Shown here piece after piece: positions 1 through 9,561 of a stretch of 39,687 nt of DNA; within the stretch, counting starts at the first letter, position 1, and the number at the start of each line of letters is the position of its first letter. The translations under genes and the position numbers were made by a program. The DNA is from Myxococcota bacterium. GTDB taxonomy: Bacteria > Myxococcota_A > UBA9160 > UBA4427. The stretch covers positions 1-39,687 of the forward strand of contig JAYZFK010000052.1 of NCBI GenBank assembly GCA_036336835.1, written 5' to 3'. The notes below the pieces were generated by a model. That model worked only from the letters and a program-made list of their open reading frames with translations, did not search any database and was not told where the DNA came from.

Positions 1-2
1 AG

Positions 3-1067
3 CTTCGCGCGCTGGCGGCGGCGGTGGGCCGTGCCGGCGGCGGGCTCGTCACGGTGTCACCGCACCCCGGCGCCGCCGACATCTCCGACGCCTATCAACA
101 GCTGATGATCGACATGTCGAAGGCGAGTCGCGGGGCCGTGCTGTGGAACGCCTTCCAGCACCGCTGGGACCAGCCCGAGCGCTGGCGCGATCTGCTCGAG
201 TACATGCAGCGCGCCGAGGACGAGGGCGCCCGGGTGTTCAGTGTTGCCAAGTGCCAGCGCCTCGACCTCGAGTTCGACCTGGTCGATACGCGGCTCTTCG
301 TGTGGTTTCCGAGCTGGCACGAGGCGATCGCGCTGCCGAAAGCCGAGAAGCGCGCGCGCTTCGCCGATCCCTCCGCACGGGCCAGGATGCACGCCGAGTT
401 TAGCGATGCGGCGCAGGGGCCGAGCCAGATGGTCGCGCGCGAGCGACTGGTCGTCGTGCTCGAGTCGACCTCGCACCCCGAGTGGATCGGTCGCAACATG
501 CTCGACATCGCCCGCGAGAGCGGTCGCAACGTGACCGACGCGATCCTCGATCTGGCGCTGGAAGACGATCTCGAGACGCGCTTCGTCTACCAGGGGCTGA
601 TGAACGGCGACATGAACGCAGTGAGCGCGATCCTGGCCGGGCCACACTGCCTTCCGGGGGTCTCCGATGCCGGCGCGCACCTCGACATGGATTGCGGCGT
701 CGACTTCACCGCGCGCCTGCTCGGCTACTGGGTGCGCGAGCAGAAGCTGCTGTCGCTCGAAGAGGCGGTGCGCAGGCTCACGTCGATGTCGTTCGACGTG
801 CTCGGTGTTGCGGACCGCGGGCGGCTCGCACCGGGGGCCGCTGCGGACGTCGTGATCTTTTCCCCCGACGCGATCGGCGCCGGGCCGCGCGAGTGGCGCC
901 AGGACGTGCCGGGCGGCGGCCGCCGCATCGTCCAGCGTGCGGTGGGCATCGAGCAGGTGCTCGTCAACGGTGAGGTGCTGATCGAAGGGGGCGAGCACAC
1001 CGGCGTGCTCCCGGGCGAGGTCATCGAGCGCAGTGTAGGGGGCCCGCGAGGCTCTGCGGCTCGCTAA
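3..1067 (+). CDS. Amidohydrolase family protein, N-acyl-D-amino-acid deacylase-like (5'-truncated by window edge)
   Basis: Frame is open from base 3. Contains SDAGAH, LSLEEAVRRLTS, DRGRLAPGAAADVVIF and the C-terminal VLVNGEV...HTGVLPG motifs typical of D-aminoacylase-like amidohydrolases. Confidence 0.85.
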   Translation, partial: LRALAAAVGRAGGGLVTVSPHPGAADISDAYQQLMIDMSKASRGAVLWNAFQHRWDQPERWRDLLEYMQRAEDEGARVFSVAKCQRLDLEFDLVDTRLFVWFPSWHEAIALPKAEKRARFADPSARARMHAEFSDAAQGPSQMVARERLVVVLESTSHPEWIGRNMLDIARESGRNVTDAILDLALEDDLETRFVYQGLMNGDMNAVSAILAGPHCLPGVSDAGAHLDMDCGVDFTARLLGYWVREQKLLSLEEAVRRLTSMSFDVLGVADRGRLAPGAAADVVIFSPDAIGAGPREWRQDVPGGGRRIVQRAVGIEQVLVNGEVLIEGGEHTGVLPGEVIERSVGGPRGSAAR

Positions 1068-1098
1068 CGTCGAAGGACAAGGAGCAGGGAAACGAATC

Positions 1099-2778
1099 AT
1101 GCTGAAGTGGATTGCCGGAACCGTTCTCGTCGTGGTCGTCCTGGCGGGCGCCCTGGCGCTCGGGGGTCCATCGCTGATCCTCCGATTCCCCGCGCTCATC
1201 GGAATCATCTCGAGGATCACCGACCCGATCGGCCCGTACGCGGAAGTCGAATGGGAAGAGGGCCCCTCGGTGCCCGCGGAGGCTCCCTCTGCGCGACCCC
1301 CCAACATCGTCTTCGTCCTGGTCGACGACCTGGGCTGGAACGACCTGACCTGGAACGGCGGCGGCGTGGCCGACGGCAGCGTGCCCACGCCCAACATCGA
1401 CTCTCTGGCGAGCGACGGCGTGCAGTTCACGATGGGCTACGCGGGCAACGCGACGTGCGCGCCGTCCCGCGCAGCGCTGCTGACGGGACGCTATCCGCCC
1501 CGCTTCGGTTTCGAGTCCACCCCGGCGCCCGCGGCCCTGGGAAAGATGGTCGCCGAGATGTCGGAACCCGCTCGCCAGCCGGGAGAAGCGTCGGCCCTGT
1601 TCTACGAGGACAGCCTCCCGAAGGTTCCGCCGATGGAAGAGCAGGGCATGCCGGGCTCCGAGATCACGGTCGCAGAGCTGCTTCGCGAGAGCGGGTACCG
1701 CACGCTGATGCTGGGCAAGTGGCACCTCGGAGAAGAGCCGGGACAGAGGCCCACGGACCAGGGTTTCGACGAGTTCCTCGGCTTCTACTCCGGGGGGTCG
1801 CTCTACGGTGCGGAAGACGATCCGGAGATCGTCAGTGCGCGGCAGGCGTTCGACCCGATCGACGTGTTCCTCTGGAGTGTGCTTCCCTTCGCGGTTCGCA
1901 AGGACACCGGCCCCCGCTTCGCACCCGACGACTACATGACCGACTATCTGTCGAACGAGGCCGTGAAGGCGATCAACGCCAATCGCAACCGGCCGTTCTT
2001 CCTGTATCTCGCCTACAACGCCCCCCACACTCCTCTTCAGGCGGCTCTTCGGGACTACGAGGCCCTCGACCACATCGACCACCACCCGACCCGGGTCTAC
2101 GCAGCCATGCTTCGCGGTCTCGATCGCGGCGTTGGTCGCGTGCTGGTGGCGCTCCGCGCCAATGGGCTGGATGACAACACACTCGTCGTACTGTCGAGCG
2201 ACAATGGCGGCGCTCACTACGTCGGGATTCCGGACCTGAACGCGCCGTACCGCGGCTGGAAGATGACGTTCTTCGAGGGGGGGCTGCACTCGCCGTTCTT
2301 CCTGAAGTGGCCGGCCCGGCTGTCCGCCGGCACGAGTGTCGAGGCTCCCGTCTCGCACATCGATCTGTTCGCCACCGCGGCGTCGGCTGCCGGGGTGGCG
2401 GTGCCGGGGGACCGCAAGATCGATGGCGTCGACCTGCTTCCCTTTGCCACCGGCCAGCGCTCCGGTCCGGTTCACGAAGCGCTCTACTGGCGCTCTGGTG
2501 TCCTGAGCGCAGTGCAGTCGGACGGCTGGAAGCTCCAGGTGGACGGGCGCCAGGAAAGGCGCTGGCTCTTCGACCTCGCCGCCGACCCGACCGAGCAGGT
2601 CGACCAGAGCGAGCAGGAGCCCGAGATCCTGCGAAGCCTCGAGGCGCGCCTCGAGGCCCACAACCAGGATTTGGGTCCGCGGAGTTTTCCAGTCCTCGTC
2701 GAGGGCGTGATTCCGATCGACCGCACGCTTGCCGATCCGTATGTGCCGGGCGAAACGTTTGCCTACTGGCCAAACTAA
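1099..2778 (+). CDS. Cys-type (formylglycine) sulfatase with N-terminal membrane anchor or signal
   Basis: PNIVFVLVDDLG, CAPSRAALLTGR (CxPxR), GKWHLG, APH and SDNGG motifs. Hydrophobic N-terminus; AAGGAG..GGGAA upstream. Confidence 0.95.
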   Translation: MLKWIAGTVLVVVVLAGALALGGPSLILRFPALIGIISRITDPIGPYAEVEWEEGPSVPAEAPSARPPNIVFVLVDDLGWNDLTWNGGGVADGSVPTPNIDSLASDGVQFTMGYAGNATCAPSRAALLTGRYPPRFGFESTPAPAALGKMVAEMSEPARQPGEASALFYEDSLPKVPPMEEQGMPGSEITVAELLRESGYRTLMLGKWHLGEEPGQRPTDQGFDEFLGFYSGGSLYGAEDDPEIVSARQAFDPIDVFLWSVLPFAVRKDTGPRFAPDDYMTDYLSNEAVKAINANRNRPFFLYLAYNAPHTPLQAALRDYEALDHIDHHPTRVYAAMLRGLDRGVGRVLVALRANGLDDNTLVVLSSDNGGAHYVGIPDLNAPYRGWKMTFFEGGLHSPFFLKWPARLSAGTSVEAPVSHIDLFATAASAAGVAVPGDRKIDGVDLLPFATGQRSGPVHEALYWRSGVLSAVQSDGWKLQVDGRQERRWLFDLAADPTEQVDQSEQEPEILRSLEARLEAHNQDLGPRSFPVLVEGVIPIDRTLADPYVPGETFAYWPN

Positions 2779-2809
2779 TGGTCCCGAGCGCTCGCTAGAA
2801 GGTGAAACG

Positions 2810-3838
2810 GTGACACTGACGACCCCGCTCAAGTTCATGGGTGCCCCCGGGTCCCCCTACACGCGCAAGATGCGTGCGGTCCTGCGCTACCGACGGATTC
2901 CGTACGAGTTCCTTCAGCAGTTCTCCCCCGACGTGGCCGATCTTCCCGAGCCCAAGGTGCGTCTCCTGCCCACCTTCTATCTGCCGAACGATGCCGGCGA
3001 GATCGTGGCGGTGACCGACTCGACCCCGCTGATCCGTCGGTTCGAGCGCGCCTTCGAAGGACGCTCGATCATTCCCCCGGATCCCGCGCTCGCCTTTCTC
3101 GACGAGCTGATCGAGGACTATGCGGACGAGTGGCTGACCAAGTGCATGTTTCACTACCGCTGGTACTACGAGGCCGATGCGACGAAGGCGCGTCGGGTGC
3201 TTCCACACTGGTCCAGGATCGACGCCACCGATGACGAGATCGCGCCGATCCAGAAGATGATCGGCGACCGTCAGATCGAGCGACTGCGTGTCGTTGGATC
3301 GAATGACGTCACCGCGGGGGTGATCGAAGAGAGCTACCGGCGGTTCCTGCGCGCCTTCGATGCGCATCTGCAGGGGAGTCCCTTCTTGTTTGGCCGCAGA
3401 CCGGCGTCGAGCGACTTCGGTGTGTTTGGCCAGCTGACCTGCCTGGTGCTGTTCGACCCGACGCCGGCGGCCGTGGCGCTTGCCGAGTCGGCGCGCATCT
3501 GCGCCTGGACTGAGCTGGTCGAAGACCTCTCGGGCAGCGAGCCGCAGGACGCCGACTGGCTCGCTGCGGACGCGCTCCCCGACAGCGTCCGAGCGATCCT
3601 CGGAGAAGTCGGACGCTTCCACGCGCCCTTCCTGCTCGCCAACGCCGAAGCCCTCGAGAAGGGCGCGGATCGTGTCGAGACCGTGATCGCCGGTCAGCCG
3701 TGGGTCCAGACGCCCTTTCCTTATCAGAAGAAGTGTCTCGGCTGGCTGCGCGAGAGCCATGCCGCACTCGACGCCGCGGCGCGCTCGAGGGTCGATGGCC
3801 TGCTGGCGGGCAGTGGCTGCGAGGCGCTGTTCGAGTGA
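2810..3838 (+). CDS. Glutathione S-transferase family protein
   Basis: N-terminal GSPYTRKMRAVLRY, LLPTFYLP..DSTPLI (cis-Pro loop/DS motif) and C-terminal FLFGRRPASSDF. GTG start chosen after GAAGG; the track ORF start at 2729 overlaps the sulfatase. Confidence 0.85.
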   Translation: MTLTTPLKFMGAPGSPYTRKMRAVLRYRRIPYEFLQQFSPDVADLPEPKVRLLPTFYLPNDAGEIVAVTDSTPLIRRFERAFEGRSIIPPDPALAFLDELIEDYADEWLTKCMFHYRWYYEADATKARRVLPHWSRIDATDDEIAPIQKMIGDRQIERLRVVGSNDVTAGVIEESYRRFLRAFDAHLQGSPFLFGRRPASSDFGVFGQLTCLVLFDPTPAAVALAESARICAWTELVEDLSGSEPQDADWLAADALPDSVRAILGEVGRFHAPFLLANAEALEKGADRVETVIAGQPWVQTPFPYQKKCLGWLRESHAALDAAARSRVDGLLAGSGCEALFE

Positions 3839-3912
3839 AGCTCGGGCTTCCGGATCGACGCACTGCGCCCACGCGGTGAGCGCGTGTGTGCGACCGCCCA
3901 TTCGGCCCCGCC

Positions 3913-3921
3913 TGCTAGGAT
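3913..3921 (+). promoter_or_regulatory. Putative extended -10 promoter (TGcTAGGAT) for the PLD gene
   Basis: TGn-TAnnAT about 20 nt upstream of the GTG at 3942, followed by GGAGG at 3932-3936. Confidence 0.45.
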
Positions 3922-3941
3922 CCTGTCGGTTGGAGGCGGGC

Positions 3942-5324
3942 GTGAAGGGCGAGGCGAGACACATTCCGCACGTCGAGTCGGGTGCGTATCCGCTGCGCTC
4001 GGGCAATCAGCTCGAGCCTCTCGTCGACGGGGAGAAAGCCTTCCGCGCGATCGCCCGCGCGGTTGCCGAGGCGCGCGAGTCCGTCTGGGTGACGGTGGCG
4101 TTCCTCGAGGACGGCTTCGAGATGCCCGACGGGCACGGCAGCTTGTTCGATGTCCTCGACCGCGCGACCGACCGCGGTCTCGACGTGCGCGTGATCTTCT
4201 GGCGTTCTCGGTTCCAGGAGGACGAAGAGCCGGGCGTGCACTTCTTCGGGACGGACGCTCAGCGTCGAGCGCTCGTCGAGCGCGGATCGCGCTTCCTGGC
4301 GCGCTGGGACGTACTTCCCCGCGAACTGTGCCATCACCAGAAGAGCTGGCTCGTCGATGCCGGCGCGCCCGGCGAGATCGCATTCGTCGGCGGCATCAAC
4401 CTGGACGCGGCCTCGGTGGCGGCGCCGGGCCATGCGCCGCGCGGGGTGGGCAGCGTTCACGACGTGTATGCGCGGTTGAGCGGTCCCGCGGCCACCGACG
4501 TCCATCACAACTTCGTCCAGCGGTGGAACGAGGCCAGCGAACGCGATCGCGCCGATGGCGCCTGGCCCGACGTCGACGCGTGCGACGACCTGCGCTTCCC
4601 GCAAGAGCTGTCGCCTGCGTGCGGCGAGGTGCCGGTGCAGATCACGCGCACCGTGCGCCGAGATGTCTACAGCAGCGAGAACCCCACTCCGCAAGGCAAG
4701 CCGTTCGCGATTGGCGGCGGCGAGCGATCGGTGCTCGATCAGTACCTGGCCGCCATCGATGGCGCCCGGCGTTCGATCTATCTCGAGGATCAGGTCATCG
4801 CGGCGCCGAGCATCATCGAACATCTCGACGCGGCGCTCGAGCGGGGCGTCGAGGTCGTCTTCCTGGTGCCGGGAAACGCGCATCCCCAGTTCGTGGAGGC
4901 GCGAGCGAACCCGAAGCTCGCTGCGCTGTTCGAGCCTCTCCACGCGCTCGGCCGCTTCGAGCACTTCTGTCTGGCCGTGATCGCCTCGAACGGCGGGCCG
5001 GGCGAGTACCACGACGTCTATGTCCACGCGAAGATCGCTCTGGTCGATGACGTCTGGGCGACGATCGGCTCGACCAACGTCGCCGACCGGTCCTTCCGTG
5101 GTGATACGGAGCTGAACGCCTCTTTCTGGCACCGTCCCACGGTGCATGCGCTGCGCGTCGAGCTCCTGCTCGAGCACCTGGGTGTCGACACGGCCCCGCT
5201 CGACGACGCGGCGGCGCTGCGGCTCTACCGCGATCGGGCAGTAAAGAACGCCGCCGCCCGGGCCAGTGGCAGACCACTCGAGGGTCTCGTCTGCGAGATC
5301 GATCCTGTCACCTACGGCTGTTGA
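3942..5324 (+). CDS. Phospholipase D superfamily protein (cardiolipin-synthase/PLD-like, two HKD motifs)
   Basis: HQKSWLVD...GGIN and HAKIALVD...GSTN motifs; GNQLEPLVDG N-terminal motif; GGAGG RBS before the GTG at 3942. Confidence 0.9.
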   Translation: MKGEARHIPHVESGAYPLRSGNQLEPLVDGEKAFRAIARAVAEARESVWVTVAFLEDGFEMPDGHGSLFDVLDRATDRGLDVRVIFWRSRFQEDEEPGVHFFGTDAQRRALVERGSRFLARWDVLPRELCHHQKSWLVDAGAPGEIAFVGGINLDAASVAAPGHAPRGVGSVHDVYARLSGPAATDVHHNFVQRWNEASERDRADGAWPDVDACDDLRFPQELSPACGEVPVQITRTVRRDVYSSENPTPQGKPFAIGGGERSVLDQYLAAIDGARRSIYLEDQVIAAPSIIEHLDAALERGVEVVFLVPGNAHPQFVEARANPKLAALFEPLHALGRFEHFCLAVIASNGGPGEYHDVYVHAKIALVDDVWATIGSTNVADRSFRGDTELNASFWHRPTVHALRVELLLEHLGVDTAPLDDAAALRLYRDRAVKNAAARASGRPLEGLVCEIDPVTYGC

Positions 5325-5340
5325 CCGGCGGGCGCGAGAG

Positions 5341-6162
5341 ATGACATCGAGCGTCGTACTGATCACCGGGGCCTCGGCGGGTCTGGGCAGGGCCTGCGCC
5401 CGACATCTGGCTCGGCTCGGGCATCGCGTCTACGGGACCAGCCGCCGTGCGGACTTTCCCGACTCGGCCGAGGCTGGCTCCTCACCGCTGATGCTTCCGA
5501 TGGACGTGCGCGACCAGGACTCGGTGCGCAGAGCGGTGGATTTCGTATTGAAACGCGAGGGGCGGATCGACGTCGTGGTGAACAACGCCGGGGTGGGCCT
5601 GGCCGGTGCGGTCGAGGACACCTCGCTCGAGGAGGCGAGGGCGCTGTTCGAGACCAACTTGTTCGGAGTGCTGTGCGTCTGCCGAGCGGTGCTCCCCGCG
5701 CTGCGGGAGCAGGGGTCGGGTCTGATCGTGAACGTGAGCTCGCTCGCAGGGCTCGTCACGCTGCCGTTCCAGGGATTCTACTCGGCGTCCAAGTACGCCC
5801 TCGAGTCGATGTCGGACGCGCTGCGGATGGAGCTGGCGCCCTTCGGCGTCCGCGTGACACTGCTCGAGCCGGGCGACTTCAAGACCGAGTTCACGGAGAA
5901 CCGCGTCTTGTCTGCCGCGAGTGCAGAGGGCTCCGCCTACCGCGAGAGGTGCCAGCGAGCCGTGGCGGTGATGGAGCACGACGAGCAGAACGGCGCGGAC
6001 CCCCAGCAGCTCGCGGAGCTTCTGGCGAAGATCATCGCCAATCCCGCTCCGCGCAGTCGCTACCCGGTGGGCGCACTCGGCCAGAGACTCGGCGTCGCCG
6101 CGCGACGAGTGCTTCCCTCGGCGCTGCTGGACAGAGCCATCCGGGCCATCTACAAGGTTTGA
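5341..6162 (+). CDS. Short-chain dehydrogenase/reductase (classical SDR)
   Basis: TGASAGLG, NNAG, catalytic Ser (NVSS) and YSASK motifs. Confidence 0.95.
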   Translation: MTSSVVLITGASAGLGRACARHLARLGHRVYGTSRRADFPDSAEAGSSPLMLPMDVRDQDSVRRAVDFVLKREGRIDVVVNNAGVGLAGAVEDTSLEEARALFETNLFGVLCVCRAVLPALREQGSGLIVNVSSLAGLVTLPFQGFYSASKYALESMSDALRMELAPFGVRVTLLEPGDFKTEFTENRVLSAASAEGSAYRERCQRAVAVMEHDEQNGADPQQLAELLAKIIANPAPRSRYPVGALGQRLGVAARRVLPSALLDRAIRAIYKV

Positions 6163-6183
6163 GCGTGGCCGCAGCCGCTCGTG

Positions 6184-7794
6184 TCATTGCCGAGCGTGCA
6201 CGCGGCGCAGTACACCGAGATTCCTCGCCGGGTCGTTGACCAGCGTCTCGAAGTACTCCCCGAACCTCGGCTGGCCCTGGTCCGCCCACTTCAGAATCCC
6301 GACCCAGTCGACGAGATACTCGATCTCGGAGTTGAACACGTACTCGAGCACCTTGCCCCGCAGTCTGGCTTGCAGTGCCAGAGGATTCACTTTGCCGTCC
6401 AGATTGATCGTTCGATCGTGAAAGAAGCCGAGCGTCCCGGTCTGGATCGCCCCGACCCACTGCTGCTCGTCCAGGTTGTTCTGCACCCAGCCGACGACCT
6501 GGAAGTGCCGGTGCTCGAGCCCCCGCGAGTACAAGCGATAGTCGAGGTTCAGAGCCAGGAGGACCAGGCCGATCGAGGCGGCGGGCACCGCCAGACGCCA
6601 GCCTCGCTCGGTGAGTTTGCGTCCGATGAAAATGAGCGCCCCAGCACTTCCCAGGGCAATCACCGGCGTCGGGGCGGCGAAATAGCGGGACAGGAAGTAC
6701 GGCGCATCGAAGAAGAACCCGTAGTAGAGCACCAGCGTCGTTCCAAAGAGAGTCGTGGTCAAGATCAGCACCCGGGCAGGAAACTCCGATCTCCTGTACG
6801 CCCAGAACAGTGCGGCCGAGAGGAGCCCCAGGAGGACCAGGCAGCTGATCGTAGTTGCCGTCGGTACCAGGACACTGCCGGACTCCGGCAGGAAGAAGAG
6901 CACGTGCTCGGCCAGCCTTACGGGCACGAGCTGCGCGTGCTCGCCGAGGCGGACGTTGAATGACTCCGAGATCCCGCTGATCGGTACGATGCTTCCGAAC
7001 CCGGTGTAGTTGAAGGCCAGCCAGGGTGCCGCCACGATCAGGGCTGTCGTGCCCACGACCGCGAGCTCTCTCGTGCGACCGGCTAGCGAGACGCCGCGCT
7101 GCCCTGCGCAGAGCGTCAGCCAAACCACGGAGAACGACGTCACCAGGAACACGGCATCGTTTCGGACCCAGAACGCCACGCCGAGCACCAGTCCCCAGGC
7201 CGTGCATCGTCCTAGGGACCACGCTCGATCGGGGGCGTCTGCCCATCTCACCAGCAGGTTCGCCACGGCGACGATCGCCAGGAGATACAGACCCGTCTCC
7301 AGGCCGTTCATCGAGTGCCGCAGGATGAGTGGCGCCGAGAACCAGATGCCGGCAGCCAACAGCCCCAGCTCCCATCCCCGGCGATCGCCCGGCATCAGTG
7401 CTCTTGCCAGACAGACGATCCCCAGAGCGCTCGCGCTCGCCACTGCGATCGACAACACCTGGGTATAGGCGACTCCCGTCGTACGCTCGGCATCCGCCAG
7501 CCAGAAGCAGGCTGCGTACACGAACGTCGTCAGTGGCTGGACTCCGTTCGTCGGGATCGTGCCGTCTGCAACGCTCATTCCCTTGCCGAGGGCGATGTTG
7601 CGCGCCACGGTCAACATCAGATAACCGTCCTCGGTGATGAATTGGCGCAACAGGCGCTCGCGACCCAGGAGCAGCGGAGTCATCCGGGTGACCAGCCCGA
7701 TCGCGAGCAGCGCGACGCCACACCCCATCCACCAGGAGAAGGAGCGGTTCGCGGCTCCAACCTCTTCTCGCTCTACGTGGACGCCGGTGCTCAC
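6184..7794 (-). CDS. Polytopic membrane protein, probable GT-C glycosyltransferase (AftB-like motif pattern)
   Basis: Many hydrophobic segments. Acidic motif after TM1 (EDGYLMLTVARNIALGKG), NGLET, RND, and a soluble C-terminal domain with GTLGFF..RTINLDGKVN. Confidence 0.65.
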   Translation of the reverse strand: MSTGVHVEREEVGAANRSFSWWMGCGVALLAIGLVTRMTPLLLGRERLLRQFITEDGYLMLTVARNIALGKGMSVADGTIPTNGVQPLTTFVYAACFWLADAERTTGVAYTQVLSIAVASASALGIVCLARALMPGDRRGWELGLLAAGIWFSAPLILRHSMNGLETGLYLLAIVAVANLLVRWADAPDRAWSLGRCTAWGLVLGVAFWVRNDAVFLVTSFSVVWLTLCAGQRGVSLAGRTRELAVVGTTALIVAAPWLAFNYTGFGSIVPISGISESFNVRLGEHAQLVPVRLAEHVLFFLPESGSVLVPTATTISCLVLLGLLSAALFWAYRRSEFPARVLILTTTLFGTTLVLYYGFFFDAPYFLSRYFAAPTPVIALGSAGALIFIGRKLTERGWRLAVPAASIGLVLLALNLDYRLYSRGLEHRHFQVVGWVQNNLDEQQWVGAIQTGTLGFFHDRTINLDGKVNPLALQARLRGKVLEYVFNSEIEYLVDWVGILKWADQGQPRFGEYFETLVNDPARNLGVLRRVHARQ

Positions 7795-7800
7795 GCTTCG

Positions 7801-7806
7801 ATTATA
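7801..7806 (-). promoter_or_regulatory. Consensus -10 box TATAAT, 6 nt upstream of the GTG start (probable leaderless transcript)
   Basis: Minus strand reads tgccTATAATcgaagcGTG; no Shine-Dalgarno sequence is present. Confidence 0.7.
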
Positions 7807-7854
7807 GGCAGTTGCGTCGCGAATCCCGGGCGGCGAGCCCGGCGGAGGCGGTGG

Positions 7855-9327
7855 CTATTCGGCGCCTCGGAGCCGCGCGCGGAGCTCCGGGTCGAGTCTC
7901 ATGTGGCCGACCCGGAAGCCCAGCGTGTCCGAGTTTGGCAGCAGCCGTGCCTCCACTGTGATCAGGTCGCCGTCGTATTCCGCCGTCTCGAGCTGCTGTC
8001 GCACCGGAGACGATTCGTCCGCCAGCCCGTACCAGAACCCCTTCAACCCGTCCGCGCCGAAGCGCGCCGCCCGAACGCTGGGTACCGACTCGTTCCAGTA
8101 CAGCTGCATCCACGCCTTCGCCGCCCAGCCGCGACCGTCGAACGAGACCACCGGCGTACCGCTTGCGAACTCGGCGACCGTCGAGCTGTCGGCCGCGAGC
8201 CGCACCATCGGGTGCTCGTCGTAGCCCGGGAAGCGAAGCGCGGCCTGGCCCACCAGCAGGAGAGCGAGGACGGTCGCACTGCCCGCGACGGTCCTGGGCC
8301 GCACGACGACCGCCACGGGGAGGCGCTCGACCAGGCGCTTCGCGAAGAGCACGATCACGAGGATGAAGAAGGGCAGCGCCGACGTGAAGTATCTCGAGAA
8401 GAAGGCCTGCGCGGGAACCAGCGGGTCGATGCTCCGGAGTGCGAACGTGATCCCGAGCAGGAAGCTCGCCGGAAGCCACATCACCCCGAGCTCTCGACCG
8501 TCGAGGCGGCCGCGAATCGCCTCGGTTGCCAGCGCGAGGGCCGCCACGACGTAGGCGAGCAGCACGGGTGGCCAGAACCACGGCAGAACCGCATAGCGTC
8601 CGAACAGCTGGGTCCAGGAATCGATTGGGTTGACCATGCCGGCCTGCTCGATGATCAGCAGTCGGTCGGTACCCGCGAACGACCGATACAGCCCGAACTC
8701 GAGCGCGATGAGCGATGCGACGGCGCCGGCGAAGACGAAGAGATCGCGCGGGCGGCGGCGCCACCCCCACAGCGCGAGCGCGAAGCCCGGCACGTAGAGC
8801 GCGTTCGACAGCTTCGTCAGGTAGGCCAGGAAGAATGCCAACGCCGCGCACAGCAGGGGTGCGGTTCCGTCGCCCTTGGCGTCCCGGTAGGCGAGCAGGA
8901 ACCAGGTGCAGGCGAGCAGATAGGTCGACGAGTACGCTCCCGGCAGGAGCTGCGCGCCGCTGATCACCATCTGCGGGTGGAGCACGAGCGCGACCGCGGC
9001 CCAGAAGCCCCATGCGGGCCCCGCGACCCGCGAAGCCACCGCGAACATGAGCACCGTCTGTACGACCGAGATCGCGAAGGTGGGCACGAAGTAGAAGACG
9101 GGTTTCGAGCCGAGGAGGTATTGCGAGGCGAGCATTGGAAGCATCACGCCCATCCGCGTGGTGTGGTGGCTCCACTCCCACTCGCCCTCGGCGACTCCGA
9201 GCAGGACCTTGCCGTTCCACCACTTGATGATCGCGTCGCCGCCGGTACCGACCTCGGGGGTCGTGACCAGGCGAACGCCGAGTGCGAAGACGGCGATCAG
9301 CAGCAGGCGGGCGCGAGTCGAGGACAT
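7855..9327 (-). CDS. Polytopic membrane protein, probable GT-C (ArnT/PMT-like) glycosyltransferase
   Basis: Asp in first loop (GGDAIIKW), many TM-like segments, FFLAYLTKLS (ArnT-like Lys), FFSRYF motif and a soluble C-terminal tail. Confidence 0.6.
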   Translation of the reverse strand: MSSTRARLLLIAVFALGVRLVTTPEVGTGGDAIIKWWNGKVLLGVAEGEWEWSHHTTRMGVMLPMLASQYLLGSKPVFYFVPTFAISVVQTVLMFAVASRVAGPAWGFWAAVALVLHPQMVISGAQLLPGAYSSTYLLACTWFLLAYRDAKGDGTAPLLCAALAFFLAYLTKLSNALYVPGFALALWGWRRRPRDLFVFAGAVASLIALEFGLYRSFAGTDRLLIIEQAGMVNPIDSWTQLFGRYAVLPWFWPPVLLAYVVAALALATEAIRGRLDGRELGVMWLPASFLLGITFALRSIDPLVPAQAFFSRYFTSALPFFILVIVLFAKRLVERLPVAVVVRPRTVAGSATVLALLLVGQAALRFPGYDEHPMVRLAADSSTVAEFASGTPVVSFDGRGWAAKAWMQLYWNESVPSVRAARFGADGLKGFWYGLADESSPVRQQLETAEYDGDLITVEARLLPNSDTLGFRVGHMRLDPELRARLRGAE

Positions 9328-9427
9328 TCCGGCAGCTTTCCCAGTGGATGCGCGCGGAGACGAGCAGCGGACACCTTCGCGGCTGAGCTGGTGCGATCGT
9401 CGACCGAGCTACGCGTCCGAGCGGCCG

Positions 9428-9436
9428 AGCCTAGCA
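9428..9436 (-). promoter_or_regulatory. Putative extended -10 promoter (TGcTAGGCT) for 9327..7855
   Basis: TGn-TAnnnT on the minus strand about 100 nt upstream of the ATG, in the divergent intergenic region. Confidence 0.4.
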
Positions 9437-9549
9437 CTGCCGTCCGGGTCTCGAACGCCGACTTCGCGCGATCCGGGTACGAGGGGGTGGCGCGGCGTCT
9501 CGCCACGCGGAGATGCCCGGGCCCGGCATGGGACGAGAGAGGTTTCGCC

Positions 9550-9555
9550 TATCCT
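9550..9555 (+). promoter_or_regulatory. Putative -10 box TATCCT, 6 nt before the GTG at 9562 (leaderless)
   Basis: Sequence reads TATCCTcctgccGTG; no SD. Confidence 0.5.
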
Positions 9556-9561
9556 CCTGCC

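Noticed and set aside
3942..5324. PLD as an anti-phage nuclease (DISARM DrmC or Zorya-like context)
   Set aside because: It has a two-HKD lipid-enzyme architecture and no helicase, methylase or other defence neighbours.
7826..7842. Rho-independent terminator (CCGGGC-ggcga-GCCCGG) after 9327..7855
   Set aside because: Only a 6-bp stem with no U-tract on either strand.
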